Origin: Acidobacteriota bacterium
GTDB taxonomy: Bacteria; Acidobacteriota; UBA890; WLXD01
Direction of reading: 5' to 3'
Length of the DNA: 64,000 nt
Assembly: GCA_963666215.2 (NCBI GenBank)
Contig: CAXWPL010000001.1
Span: 480,001 to 544,000 of the forward strand
Position 1 is the first letter of the stretch. Each line of letters starts with the position of its first letter. The notes under the pieces are model-generated. The model had not been told where the DNA came from, ran no database searches, and worked only from the letters and a program-made list of their open reading frames with translations. The position numbers and the translations under genes were made by a program. Of this stretch, positions 1 through 10,363 are shown piece after piece.

Positions 1-1001
1 GAACCGCCGCCACTGAATTGCACGGCGAGCGCGAGGACGGCCGTCGCGGCCACGGCCCAGGGAACGAGGCGCAACCAGGTGCGGCTGGGGGCGGTTTCGC
101 GCGGGGGCGTGGGGGGCGCCGGCAGGTCGGGGCGGTGCAGTTGCTGCGTTGCCTCCTGCAACTCGAGCGCTGCGTCACCGGCGTCGCGCTGGCGTTGCTC
201 CGGTTCCTTGTTCAGGCACCGGCGCAGCAGCCGGACCGCGCTCGCCGGTAGCTCCGCGGGCAGCCGCTCCCAGTCGGGCTCCTGGCGCAGGATCGAGGCC
301 ACGATGTCGGAAGCGGTGTCGCCTTCGAACGCCTGGGCGCCGGTCAGCAACTCGTAGAGCACGCAGCCGAGCGCCCACAGGTCGGTGCGCCGATCGACCT
401 CGCGGCCGCGGGCCTGCTCGGGGCTCATGTACGCGGCCGTACCGAGGATCATGCCGGCCTGGGTGGCGGCGAATGCCGTGGGCGACGCGGTGAGGTCGGG
501 TGAGGTTGAGCGCGTGGATCCGGTTCCCACGGTGGCCTTGGCCAGCCCGAAATCGAGGATCTTCACGCTGCCGTCGGCGGCCACCATGACGTTGGCCGGC
601 TTGAGGTCGCGGTGGACGATGCCGCGATCGTGCGCGGCGGCCAGTCCGGCAGCGATCTGCCGGCCGATGGGTAGCGCCTCGTCGACGGGCAGCGCGCCGC
701 CGGCGACCCGCGCGGCGAGCGTTTCGCCCTCGGCCAGCTGCATGACCAGGAAACGGGTGTCGTCGACCTGCTCGAGGCCGTGGACCGCCGCGACGTTCGG
801 ATGTTCGAGCGCGGCCAGAAGCCGCGCCTCGCGCTCGAGCCGGGCAAGCCGCTCCGGGTCAGACGCCAGCTCGGGGGGCAGCACCTTGATCGCGACCTGG
901 CGCTTGAGCCGCAGATCCTCGGCCCGGTAGACCTCTCCCATGCCGCCGGCGCCGAGCTGGCCGAGAATCTCGTAATGGTGCAGCCGCGTACCGGTTTGCA
1001 T
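1..1001 (-). CDS. Ser/Thr protein kinase (Hanks type), 3' part runs off the window
   Basis: Read manually from ATG at 1001: MQTGTRLHHYEILGQLGAGGMGEVYRAED..VAIK..HRDLKPAN..DFGLAK..GTAAYMSPEQ..DLWALG; followed by a TM-like segment. Confidence 0.95.
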   Translation of the reverse strand, partial: MQTGTRLHHYEILGQLGAGGMGEVYRAEDLRLKRQVAIKVLPPELASDPERLARLEREARLLAALEHPNVAAVHGLEQVDDTRFLVMQLAEGETLAARVAGGALPVDEALPIGRQIAAGLAAAHDRGIVHRDLKPANVMVAADGSVKILDFGLAKATVGTGSTRSTSPDLTASPTAFAATQAGMILGTAAYMSPEQARGREVDRRTDLWALGCVLYELLTGAQAFEGDTASDIVASILRQEPDWERLPAELPASAVRLLRRCLNKEPEQRQRDAGDAALELQEATQQLHRPDLPAPPTPPRETAPSRTWLRLVPWAVAATAVLALAVQFSGGG

Positions 1002-1584
1002 GGGGTCTTCTTCCTGCGCGTGGAGGTGCCCGAGGGGATACTGGGAATACTGTCAAATTAGGTTCGCTGCCGCGAGCTCAGCGCAATCCGCTTAGCGTCG
1101 AGCCGGTCTTTCTCAAGCCGCTGCGACCTCGATCCAAGTTGCGAAAGCGCACCCTCGAAGCGTCCGGTAGTTCGCCGCCAGTGAGAGGACCTGCGACCGA
1201 CTTGCAGCTTCTTCAAGACCCCCGGCGATGCGGACGCTCAAGCCCGGCCACGACTTCGAGACCTTGTCGCTGAACTGGAGCGCCTGGTCGGGGTCGAGGT
1301 CGTAAAGCGCGGTCTCCGATATCTCCGGATAGCAGGAAAACCGTGGCCTCCGACGGAACGGCAGCCTACTTCACGTCGTCCGTTGACCGGCAACGAGAGG
1401 TATGGAGCGCGTCGCCGGTCGATTCCGGAGCTGCCAGGCCGCTTACGACTAACCCCAGTCCCGCATCCCGCTGTGGCCGCATCATTACGCCCTCTCGCCC
1501 GGTGACCGTTGGCTGGCCGCGCCGCTCAGAGATCGCGCCAAGCTCGCGCGCCGTGGGGTCTTCTACGTCCGGTTCATGGACGAC

Positions 1585-2013
1585 CTAGCCCTCCACTCCG
1601 TACCTGAGCTGGCGCTCGTACTCAGCCTCGTCGAAATGGCCCTTTGACTTGACGACAAGACCGTCCTCGTCGATCTTCCACTCTTCATAGCCACTGATTC
1701 GGACCCGCGTGCCTGTTCCATCGGGGCCCGTGTTCGTGCCGGTCAGGGTCCAGTGAAACTCAACGCCGTGAGACCCCTGGGACAGTTTGTCCATGGTCAC
1801 GACCATGTCCGGGAAGTCGGTCATGAACCCCCTGGCGACCTCCGTGATAGCTGCTCGGCCTACGGCAGCGGGGTTGTTGTTGACCTCGAGCGAACCGCCT
1901 TCGGCGAAGAACGAGGCGACACTCTCGGGATTCTGGCTACACCACGCGTTGGCGTAGCGGGCAGCAAAGTCATCGAGGTCAGATGGCATGGGCGGCGTCT
2001 CCTCGTTCGTCAT
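1585..2013 (-). CDS. SnoaL-like / NTF2-fold ester cyclase family protein
   Basis: 142 aa; FAARYANAW...GRAAI...FPD...WTLTGTNTGP...G.RVRISG pattern. Confidence 0.8.
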   Translation of the reverse strand: MTNEETPPMPSDLDDFAARYANAWCSQNPESVASFFAEGGSLEVNNNPAAVGRAAITEVARGFMTDFPDMVVTMDKLSQGSHGVEFHWTLTGTNTGPDGTGTRVRISGYEEWKIDEDGLVVKSKGHFDEAEYERQLRYGVEG

Positions 2014-2016
2014 GGT

Positions 2017-2475
2017 TCATGGTGTGGCCGGGAAGGCCTTGTCGAGATGCTCCAGCGCAATGGGCCATGCCTCTTCGTGACCCGATCTCGACTCGTCGTC
2101 CAGGAACCCGGCATGCGTGAGCCGTAATTGGGTTCCCTCTCCACTCGGAATGATCTCGACCGTGACAACGGTTTCAGCACCCTTGGTTCCGGCCGCAGTA
2201 ACCCACGTCATCTCTACGAGGCGATCGGGCTCCAGCCTGAGGAACCTACCGTAGTGTGGGTGATGCTGGCCATCATATTGGGTCTCGAAGAAGAAAGGCG
2301 CGTTGACCTCAGGCTTCATCAACACCGTAGTTGATGCCGCGAACCAGCGATCGATCTGGTGGGTCGTCCAGGCCGCGAAGAGCACCCGCGGCGATGCGGC
2401 CATCAACCTCTCGCAGATGGTTCGAAAAGGCCTAGATGAGAGATCGGGTTGAGTCACTGGCGGTGTCTCGGGCAT
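2017..2475 (-). CDS. SRPBCC/AHSA1-like (START fold) protein
   Basis: [16 protein letters not shown]...[17 protein letters not shown]...[11 protein letters not shown]; GGAGGAG RBS before ATG 2475. Confidence 0.85.
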   Translation of the reverse strand: MPETPPVTQPDLSSRPFRTICERLMAASPRVLFAAWTTHQIDRWFAASTTVLMKPEVNAPFFFETQYDGQHHPHYGRFLRLEPDRLVEMTWVTAAGTKGAETVVTVEIIPSGEGTQLRLTHAGFLDDESRSGHEEAWPIALEHLDKAFPATP

Positions 2476-2598
2476 GGCTCCTCCTGAGGCCAACAAACGT
2501 TGTGGCCGGTTTACTCCATCCAGAAACCCCTGCGATATGTGAACTCATCGGCAGGCAAGAGTCGAGCAAGCTGCGAGGTTGCCGGTAACCACCTCGCA

Positions 2599-3208
2599 TC
2601 ACTCCCAGAGCCGGTTCTGCTCGAGCACCTCGAGAAACTTGGCCAGCGGCCAGACGTCGATGCCGCTTTCGGTACGCAGAGAGCGATCGCCGTTGTAGAC
2701 GACCAGGCGCCGGCGCACACCGTCGAGATCAGCAAGGGCGTCGAGTCCGGCGAAGGCGGAACGGCTCAGTCGCGTGGCCGATTTGGTCTCGATGGCGAGG
2801 AGCTCTCGTCCACGACGTAGTACGAAGTCGACCTCGAGCGATGGCGACTGGGCCGGCGACCAGTAGGCGATGCTCTCGTAGAGATCGCGCTCTTCGGCGT
2901 AGGCGCGCAGCAGCGAGAAAATCCAGCCCTCGAAGAGCGCGCCGCGTTCCTCTATGGCCACGTCACCCAGCTGGCGCTTTACCGCGCGGGCAAGCCCGGG
3001 GTCGACCCAGTAGAGCTTGGGGTGCTTGCGCTCGCGCGCGCGAAGGCGAGCTTCGTACGCGGGCAGCCGCACTGCCAGCAGGGTGTCTTCGAGAATCTCG
3101 AGGTAGCCATTGATTGTGGTCCGCGCCACCGCTGCGTCGCGCGCCAGGCCAGAAACGTTGATCACCTGACCGTGAAAGAGACCGGCAATGGGCATGAAAC
3201 GCAAAAAC
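2599..3208 (-). pseudogene. C-terminal part of AAA+ ATP-binding protein with DUF4143 domain, 5' end removed at IS21 boundary
   Basis: INVSGLARDAAVARTTINGYLEILEDTL...KHPKLYWVDPGL...GALFE...EVDFV...AIETK; frame runs directly into the IS21 left end. Confidence 0.85.
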
Positions 3209-3309
3209 TGCGTATTTCGGCCCATGGTGATCACCGTGAGGGGGCCGCAGGCGCCCCATCGGTAGCAAAGGGACACGATGGATCCTCAACCCGAACGGGA
3301 GGATCCTGG

Positions 3310-4873
3310 ATGGCAACACCGAGGCTACTGATGCGACGTTTTCAACAAGTACTCCGCCTCAAGCACGAGGCTCACCTGAGCAACCGGGCCATCGCACGCG
3401 CTTGCTCGGTCGGGGTGGGCACGGTCAGCAACTACTTGGTCCGCGCCAAGACGGCAGGGTTGAGCTGGCCGCTGCCGGTCGGGATGGATGAGACGACGCT
3501 GGAGGCGAAGCTGTTCCCGCCGGCGCCGCCGTCGGGGACGCCACGACCGGCGCCGGAGTGCGCCTGGATGCACCAGGAGCTGCGGCGGCCAGGGGTGACG
3601 CTGCAGCTGCTGTGGCAGGAGTATCTCGAGAACCACCCAGACGGCCTGCGCTACACGCAGTTCTGCGCCCGGTACCGGCACTGGCGGAGCAAGCTGCGGC
3701 CCGCGATGCGGCAGGTACATCGGGCCGGCGAGAAGGCGTTCGTAGACTTCTCCGGGAAGCGGCCGAGCATCGTGGATCGGAGCACCGGGCAGGTCGACGA
3801 GGTCGAACTGTTCATCGGAGTGCTCGGCGCCAGCTCGTACACCTACGCTGAGGCCACCGCGAGCCAGCAGCTGGAGTGCTGGATCGGCGCCCACGAGGGG
3901 ATGGTGCAGTACTTCGGCGGCAGCAGCGAGATCTGGGTATGCGACAACCTCAAGAGCGGCGTGGTGAATGCCTGTCGTTACGAACCGAGCGTCAACCGCA
4001 CCTACGGCGACTTGGCAGAGCACTACGGCGCCGTGGTCATCCCGGCGCGTCCATATCCGGCCCAAAGACAAGGCCAAGGTCGAGGCGGCCGTGTTGTTGG
4101 CGCAGCGGTGGATCCTGGCGGTGCTGCGCAACCAGACGTTCTTCTCGCTTCAAGCTCTCAACGAGCGCATCCGCGAGCTGCTGGGTGTTCTCAACGACCG
4201 GCCGATGCAGAAGCTTGGCGTCAGCCGACGCGAGCTGTTCGAGCGGCTCGACAAACCAGCGCTCAAGCCGTTGCCCGCCACGGGATACGAGATCACCTCG
4301 TTCAAGAGATGCCGAGTCAACATCGACTACCACGTGGCTCTCGAGCACAACTACTACTCGGTGCCGCATCAGCTCGTGCACGAGCTCGTGGAGGCCCGCT
4401 ACAGCCACCGTGCCGTGGAGATCCTGTACAAGGGTAGCCGCGTCGCCTCCCACCCCAAGCTCCAGGGCCAGGGCCAGGGCGCCTACAGCACTCGCCCAGA
4501 ACATATGCCCGCAGCCCATCGGGCTCACTCCGAGTGGAGTCCGTCGCGCCTGATCCGCTGGGGCGACAAGATCGGCCCGGCGACCGGGCATGTCGTTGCC
4601 GAGTTGCTGCGTGCGCTGCCGCATCCGGAGCAGGGTTACCGCTCTTGTCTGGGCCTGCTGCGGTTATCGAAGCGTTACGGGGCCGATCGTCTCGAGGCCG
4701 CCTGCTGCCGGGCCGAGCATCTCGGCTCGTGCCGTTACCGAACCGTCAAGAACATCCTCAACTCGGGGATGGACCGGCTGCCGCTCCAGACCGGGCAACC
4801 TCCCGTCGGCGCCGTTCCCGCGCACGAGAACATCCGCGGCGCCGGCTACTACGGCAAGGAGAGCACATGCTGA
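3310..4873 (+). pseudogene. istA: IS21 transposase IstA with apparent +1 frameshift near 4057
   Basis: HTH N-terminus, FVDFSG, CDNLKSGV; PARPY|RPKDKAKVE is split across frames by one extra C; ends [10 protein letters not shown]. Confidence 0.9.
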
Positions 4874-5625
4874 ACCAACCCACGTTCGAGAAGATGCACG
4901 CCATGAAGATGACCGGCATGGCCGATGCACTGCAGCAGCAGCTGGACTCCGGCTCGTTCACCAAGCTCAGCTTCGAGGAGAGGCTCGGCATGTTGTTGGA
5001 TGCCGAGTACGCCGAGCGTGAACAGCGCAAGCTGACGCGCCGCCTGCAGCGCGCCAAGTTACGCCAGTCCGGCGCCTGCATCGAGGATGTCGACTTCAAG
5101 ACCCGACGCTCGCTCAACCGGCAGGCCTTCATGGCCCTGGCCCGGTGCGACTGGATCGGCGACGCCCTCAACGTCGTGATCACCGGAGCCACCGGCACCG
5201 GCAAGACCTACTTGGCCTGCGCGCTGGCCAACAAGGCCTGCCGCGCCGGCTTCACCGCCTACTACGTTCGCGGCTCTCAGCTCCCTCAGCAGATGGCCAT
5301 CGCCCGTGGCGACGGCTCCTACCCCCGACTGCTCCGCCGCATCACCCGCACCAACTTGCTGATCATCGACGACTGGCTACTGACGCCACTCACCAACCCG
5401 GAGCGACACGAGATCCTCGAGGTCATCGAGGATCGCCACGAACGGGCCTCCACGCTGATCGCCTCCCAGCTACCGATCAGTGCCTGGCATGACGCTCTCG
5501 GTGAGCCAACCCTTGCCGACTCCATCTGCGACAGGCTCATCCATGCCGCCCACAAGATGCAGCTCAAGGGTCGCTCGATGCGCGAGATCCGCGCCGCTGC
5601 GCGGAAGGCGGAGACCAACGCTTGA
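4867..5625 (+). CDS. istB: IS21 helper ATPase IstB
   Basis: Walker [28 protein letters not shown]; overlaps istA end. Confidence 0.95.
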   Translation: MLNQPTFEKMHAMKMTGMADALQQQLDSGSFTKLSFEERLGMLLDAEYAEREQRKLTRRLQRAKLRQSGACIEDVDFKTRRSLNRQAFMALARCDWIGDALNVVITGATGTGKTYLACALANKACRAGFTAYYVRGSQLPQQMAIARGDGSYPRLLRRITRTNLLIIDDWLLTPLTNPERHEILEVIEDRHERASTLIASQLPISAWHDALGEPTLADSICDRLIHAAHKMQLKGRSMREIRAAARKAETNA

Positions 5626-5900
5626 GCCTAGTTGAAGCATCCGCAACGCGCCCCCTCCCGCCACCGCGGGCTTGTGGATCCTGCCGGGACCGTGGAAAAC
5701 GCTTCGCGTTTACCACCGCCCCTTGGACGGCGCATCACGCCGCCGCACAGGCTCCACAGCCCCTACGACTACGATCTGGACCACTCCCAATCCACTAGGA
5801 GATAACCTATCCGTCGCTTCGCTCCGATGGCGTGATCACGATCAACCGTAATCAGTGATCACGTTCCCGTAATGACCGATCACGATCACCGAAATACTCA

Positions 5901-6963
5901 GTTGGCCCGCGCAGATCGTCGTTTGCCTGATTTGCGCCACGTCACGTTGTCGGGGGAGTCCCTGTCGCGCCTGGATGTCGAGGCGTTCGAGCGGGTCAGT
6001 GGTCCAGACGCCGTCTTAGCCAATTGCTACGCGTCCAATGAGATGCCGTGGATCACAACGCATCTACACCACCACGGTGACATCATTGACGGGTTCTGGC
6101 TTCCCATCGGAACTCCCGAAGATCCGCACATTGTGGAAGTGGTTGACCACATGGGTGCGGAAGTACCCATTGGAAGCTCCGTCGAGATGGTGGTTTGCTC
6201 TCCCCATATACCGGCGGGATATATCAACTCCCCCGAAAAATCTGCCGCCGTATTTCGTAAGAGGGCGGACGGTACAAGCAGCTACCACACGGGGGATTTT
6301 GCATACCGCGATGTACAGGGAAGACTTCATTCTGTTGGACGCGCCGACGAGCAAGTCAAGGTCCGCGGTTTTGCGCTGAGGCTAGCGGATGTCGAACAGG
6401 AGCTCCTCGCGCACCCACAAGTCGGCGAAGCTGCCGTGGTCGACTTCGTATCTCCGCGCGAGATCCGCAAGCTGGCCTGCCACTACACGGGTGGTGTTGA
6501 AGCCGGGAGTTTGAAGAGATTTCTGCGCCAGAGCCTACCTGCCCACATGGTCCCAGATGTCTTCGTTCGCCATGAAGCGCTGCCTAAGACTGGAACGGGG
6601 AAGATACAAAAAAGCGAGCTCCAGCTTCCCGTTGACTACCTGCGGAGCGCCGATGCGGACTTCGTGTCAGACGATGAACGATCGGTAGCGGCGAGATGGA
6701 GGCGAATCCTCGGTCACGGGAATTTCGGGAGCGAGGACGATTTTTTCGAGGTGGGAGGTGACTCGCTGCAGGCCATGGATCTTCTGCTGGAAATCGAAAA
6801 GAAGTTCGGCTGCCGGATCCCCTTCGAAACTGTGATCCTCGAAGGCACCACTGTGAGGAGCATGGCGGAGTCGATCCGTCGGCCAATTGCGCACGATACG
6901 TGTTCGCTCGCGAGAAGAATCGGTTCCTGGTTGAGCAAGACGAGCCGCGACAACGACACTTGA
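5901..6963 (+). pseudogene. 5'-truncated NRPS-like adenylation domain C-terminus plus carrier (PCP) domain
   Basis: LSGE, NCYASNE, YHTGD, GRADEQVKVRG, LPKTGTGK, DFFEVGGDSL; begins right at the IS21 right end. Confidence 0.85.
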
Positions 6964-7022
6964 CCGCACAAGCGAGGTCTGAGCCGCCGGCTCGAAATCT
7001 CGACATCGCGACCGGCAAGACC

Positions 7023-7820
7023 TCACGCGTTGGCGTTCAGGCAGGCGAGCAGGACTCGGGCGAGGTCGGGCGCGTACGCGGCGTCGAGCAGCATGTCGTG
7101 ATGGTCGCCCGGCACTTCATGCGATTCGACGTTTCCGGTGACGAACTGACCGCAGCCCAGCGTCGGGTCGAGATTCGAGGCCTCGCTGCGGGTTCGGAGA
7201 ACGACGACCCGGCCCGTGTACTGACGGGGATTGAATTGGCGGATCGCGCTGTCGCAGGTGGACAAGTAGTGGAACCTGCGGAGTCGGCGCGGCACACGGC
7301 CGCGAACGCGCAGCGCCGTCTCGACGATGACTCGTTTCGTTAGCCAACGCGCACGAGCCGTTACGTGGCGCGGTGGATGCCACCATGCGGCCCTGGGGTT
7401 TCGGTTCGGGCCGTTGCTCAGATCGCGCGGCAGGGTCGGGTCGAGAAGGATGAGCACTTCGACGTTTTCACCGGCATCCACGAGTTGGTGAGCCATCTCG
7501 AAGGCGGCGACACCCCCGGCGGAGTATCCGCCCAGCCGATAGGGGCCGTGCGGTTGCACCGCGCGAACCTCCTCGAGGTACCGGCGCGCCATTTCTTCGA
7601 GGGTCCTGGGTGCAGGCACGCCGCCCATACCGTGCGGTCGCAGGCCGTACAACGGCTGGTCTTTTCCGATGTGGCGCGCAATGTAGCGAAGCGTGCCATG
7701 GGCGCAGAAAAGGGGGGTGCACTTCCCCACGGGCTGCACCGGAAGCAAGTAGCGCCAGGGTTGTTGCGCGGGGACCGGCTGTGTCGTCGGAGTGGATTCG
7801 GCTCGCCGCGAAGTTTCCAT
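7023..7820 (-). CDS. Thioesterase-domain protein (NRPS TE-like alpha/beta hydrolase)
   Basis: PLFCAHG, QPHGPYRLGGYSAGG nucleophile motif, VPGDHHDML. Confidence 0.85.
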   Translation of the reverse strand: METSRRAESTPTTQPVPAQQPWRYLLPVQPVGKCTPLFCAHGTLRYIARHIGKDQPLYGLRPHGMGGVPAPRTLEEMARRYLEEVRAVQPHGPYRLGGYSAGGVAAFEMAHQLVDAGENVEVLILLDPTLPRDLSNGPNRNPRAAWWHPPRHVTARARWLTKRVIVETALRVRGRVPRRLRRFHYLSTCDSAIRQFNPRQYTGRVVVLRTRSEASNLDPTLGCGQFVTGNVESHEVPGDHHDMLLDAAYAPDLARVLLACLNANA

Positions 7821-8046
7821 GGGCTTGGCTCGGTCAGAACCGGAAGTTGGCGTCGCGTCGCAGGCGCCACGTGGTCGGCGATCGGCGATGTCGCTGGCGG
7901 GGTGTTGAGCACGGAAGGTCCTAGGCGGAAGGTACCTCGCTCGACGCGCCGACGACGAAGAGAAACCTTAGTTCGCCTTCCGGTCGACAGTAGCGCCCAG
8001 GCCTCCTTCGCACTCCACCACGGCTTCTCAGCGCGGCTTCGGCTAC

Positions 8047-9477
8047 TCAATCGGCTGCTCTCGAGCCTCGCAACCGTGTGCTCATTCCCTCGATCTCGGC
8101 CCGCATGAACAGCCTCTCCAGCCAGCTCTCCGGAATCCCCGACCTCCCATAGAAGGCCCCGGCGATCTGGCCGTACACCGCGGCCGTCGTGTCGGCGTCA
8201 TTGCCGAGGTTGACCGCCTTCAGGCACCCCTCCTCGAAGCTGGCTGTGCGATGGAACGCCCAGAGCGCCGCCTCGAGTGATTCCACGACGTAGCCCGTGC
8301 CCCGGATCTCCGGCGGCTCCTTCCTTATATAGGAGCCTTGGGAAATGGCGGCGATTCCAGGTGCGAGGGGCGCGAGCGGCTCCGTGTCCCACGATCCCAG
8401 CGGACTGAAGCCAGGCGCCAGGATCTCCTCCTTGTCACGGCCTTCGAGCGCGCCGATCAGGATGGCCGCCAGCAGCCGGCATCCATCGACCGCCTCCACG
8501 GCCGCGTGCGTGGTGCGCGAGCTCTCGGCCGCCTTCTCGATGGCGACGGCCGGGTTGGCCGCGTAGAAGAGAACAACCGGCGCCAGCCGCATAATCGAGC
8601 CGTTACCCGCGGTGTGAGGATCGGTGGAGCCGCTGTAGGGATCTCCCGTTCTCATAAACTGAGTCAGCGAGGTGCCAATGGTGTTGCCGATGTCGAAGCA
8701 ACGGCCCGTGCTGCTCATGTAGCCGTCGTGCCGCCAGCGCACGAACCGCCCCATCACGTCGTCGACGTCGAGCTCGCCGCAGCTCAGCAGGCTCTGCGCC
8801 AGGCACAGCGCCATCGACGTGTCGTCGGTCCACTGACCCGGCTCCAGCTTGAATGGCCCGCCGCCAACCATGTCGGTCACCGGCTCGAACGTGCCCGGCC
8901 TCTCGAACTCGACAGTCGTTCCCACCGCGTCGCCCACCGCAAGGCCGAGGAGGCAGCCTTGGTAGCGGTCGATCTTATCGAGGGCCGTGGCGGCGACAGC
9001 GCTCAGTGATGAGCGGTTCGCGAATAGCGGATCATCGCCCAAGTCGCCGAGATCGAGCTGGGCAATGCGGCGCAGGTCCGAGATGGCCCGAGCCTCGCGA
9101 AACTCCCCCAGTTGCCACACAACGACCTCGGTCAAGCTCCTGCCGAGCGGGTATTCATCAACCGCAACAGCCGCTGTTGTGCGCAGCAACTCGATCAGAT
9201 GCAGCCGGATCTCTTCAGAATCCGGCGACGGCTGCCAGATCTCACGCTTGCCCATGGAGTCCCCGGTGTACACGGGGCCAATCGGAATGGGGGCACGCTC
9301 AGGCTGCCGGTGCGGATGGTTGCCGCAGTAGGTATAGAAAGGATTGTCGTCGACAGAGAGCTCACGGATGACACAATACGCCGGCTCCGGATCCTCCGAG
9401 TGCCCATAGCCCGCCTCGCCCTTGTTCTTGGCATTGAACCAGCAGGTTCCGCAGCAGTCTGATCCACCGTTGGGCAT
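8047..9477 (-). CDS. ADP-ribosylglycohydrolase (DraG/ARH family) with ~170 aa Cys-rich/HEAT-like N-terminal extension
   Basis: GCLLGLAVGDAVG, WTDDTSMA, GNGSIMR, SSRTTH, DADTTAAV; N-terminus DCCGTCWFN..YC..YCGNHP. Confidence 0.9.
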   Translation of the reverse strand: MPNGGSDCCGTCWFNAKNKGEAGYGHSEDPEPAYCVIRELSVDDNPFYTYCGNHPHRQPERAPIPIGPVYTGDSMGKREIWQPSPDSEEIRLHLIELLRTTAAVAVDEYPLGRSLTEVVVWQLGEFREARAISDLRRIAQLDLGDLGDDPLFANRSSLSAVAATALDKIDRYQGCLLGLAVGDAVGTTVEFERPGTFEPVTDMVGGGPFKLEPGQWTDDTSMALCLAQSLLSCGELDVDDVMGRFVRWRHDGYMSSTGRCFDIGNTIGTSLTQFMRTGDPYSGSTDPHTAGNGSIMRLAPVVLFYAANPAVAIEKAAESSRTTHAAVEAVDGCRLLAAILIGALEGRDKEEILAPGFSPLGSWDTEPLAPLAPGIAAISQGSYIRKEPPEIRGTGYVVESLEAALWAFHRTASFEEGCLKAVNLGNDADTTAAVYGQIAGAFYGRSGIPESWLERLFMRAEIEGMSTRLRGSRAAD

Positions 9478-9599
9478 GGAGCTCGCCAAGTTCTAGAGGA
9501 GGTTATGTACTGAGTCGATCTCGGATCGTAGCTATGGTGCCGCAACTCAACGGACCACCTCGATTTTGCGAAGCGCCTCCACTTCCTGCAACAGCTCGA

Positions 9600-10075
9600 G
9601 GCCACCAGACCTTCGCGGCGGACTTCTGACGTCGCGGTTCGACGAGCACTCCATGAAGGTATCGCCCGACGGTCGCTGGATCGTGTACGTATCCGACGAA
9701 ACCGGCCGCGACGAGGTCCATGTGACCTCGTTTCCGGAGCCTGGCCGACGGTGGCAGGTCTCGGCTGGCGGCGGCTCCGAGCCCGTATGGGCCAAAGACG
9801 GAAGTGAGTTGTTCTACCGGCGCGGGCAGTCGCTAACTGCGGTGGCTGTCGAGCTCTCACCCGAGTTCGCCGTCGGCCAGCGCAGCGTCTTGTTCGGGGG
9901 CGAGTACTTCGCGTACCGATACCACGCCCAGCACGACGTGTCTCCCGGGAGCGATCGATTCCTGATGGTCGACATGTCACAGACTCGCGGCGGGGGGCCG
10001 GCCTTCGACGTCGTGCTCAACTGGGGACAGGAACTCCGTCAACTCACACGCGGCGACGCGATCGGCGCCCGATAG
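9600..10075 (+). pseudogene. Orphan C-terminal TolB/PD40 propeller fragment of a kinase-propeller protein
   Basis: SPDGRWIVYVSDETGRDEV..WQVSAGGGSEPVW..VVLNWGQEL; paralogous to the 3' end of the gene at 20445-23174. Confidence 0.8.
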
Positions 10076-10363
10076 CTCGGGTGTCGCCTCGCTTCTGACG
10101 TTGCGACCGCTCTCTCCTAGCAGGCGAAGGCGAAGTCGCTGATCAGCGGGACGTTCTTGATCTTGATTGTCACGCGGGTCTTCGGGTCGACGTGCATCAA
10201 CAGCTGGCACGTGCACTAGGCCGCGTGCCTCCAGATTCAGCAGGAGCAACCGGAACCCGTTGCGTCCGGCGTCGAGGCCCGTGTGATGCTTCGCGTGATG
10301 CTGCAGGATCTCATACGAGGCGCGCCGCGAGCTCGACTGACCGACGCTAGCAGCCACGGGCTG

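Larger units (their letters stand above)
3209..5900 (+). mobile_element. IS21-family insertion sequence
   Basis: Terminal IRs TGCGTATTTCGG..GTGATCAC (3209) and GTGATCAC repeats..CCGAAATACTCA (5900); multiple internal GTGATCACG repeats at right end; istA-istB pair; no TSD. Confidence 0.93.

Noticed and set aside
1058-1580. Degenerate minus-strand coding remnant
   Set aside because: Coding-like pieces lie in several frames but match no family I recognise
4045-4070. Programmed frameshift in istA
   Set aside because: No slippery heptamer; a single extra C inside a conserved motif is better explained by mutation or sequencing error
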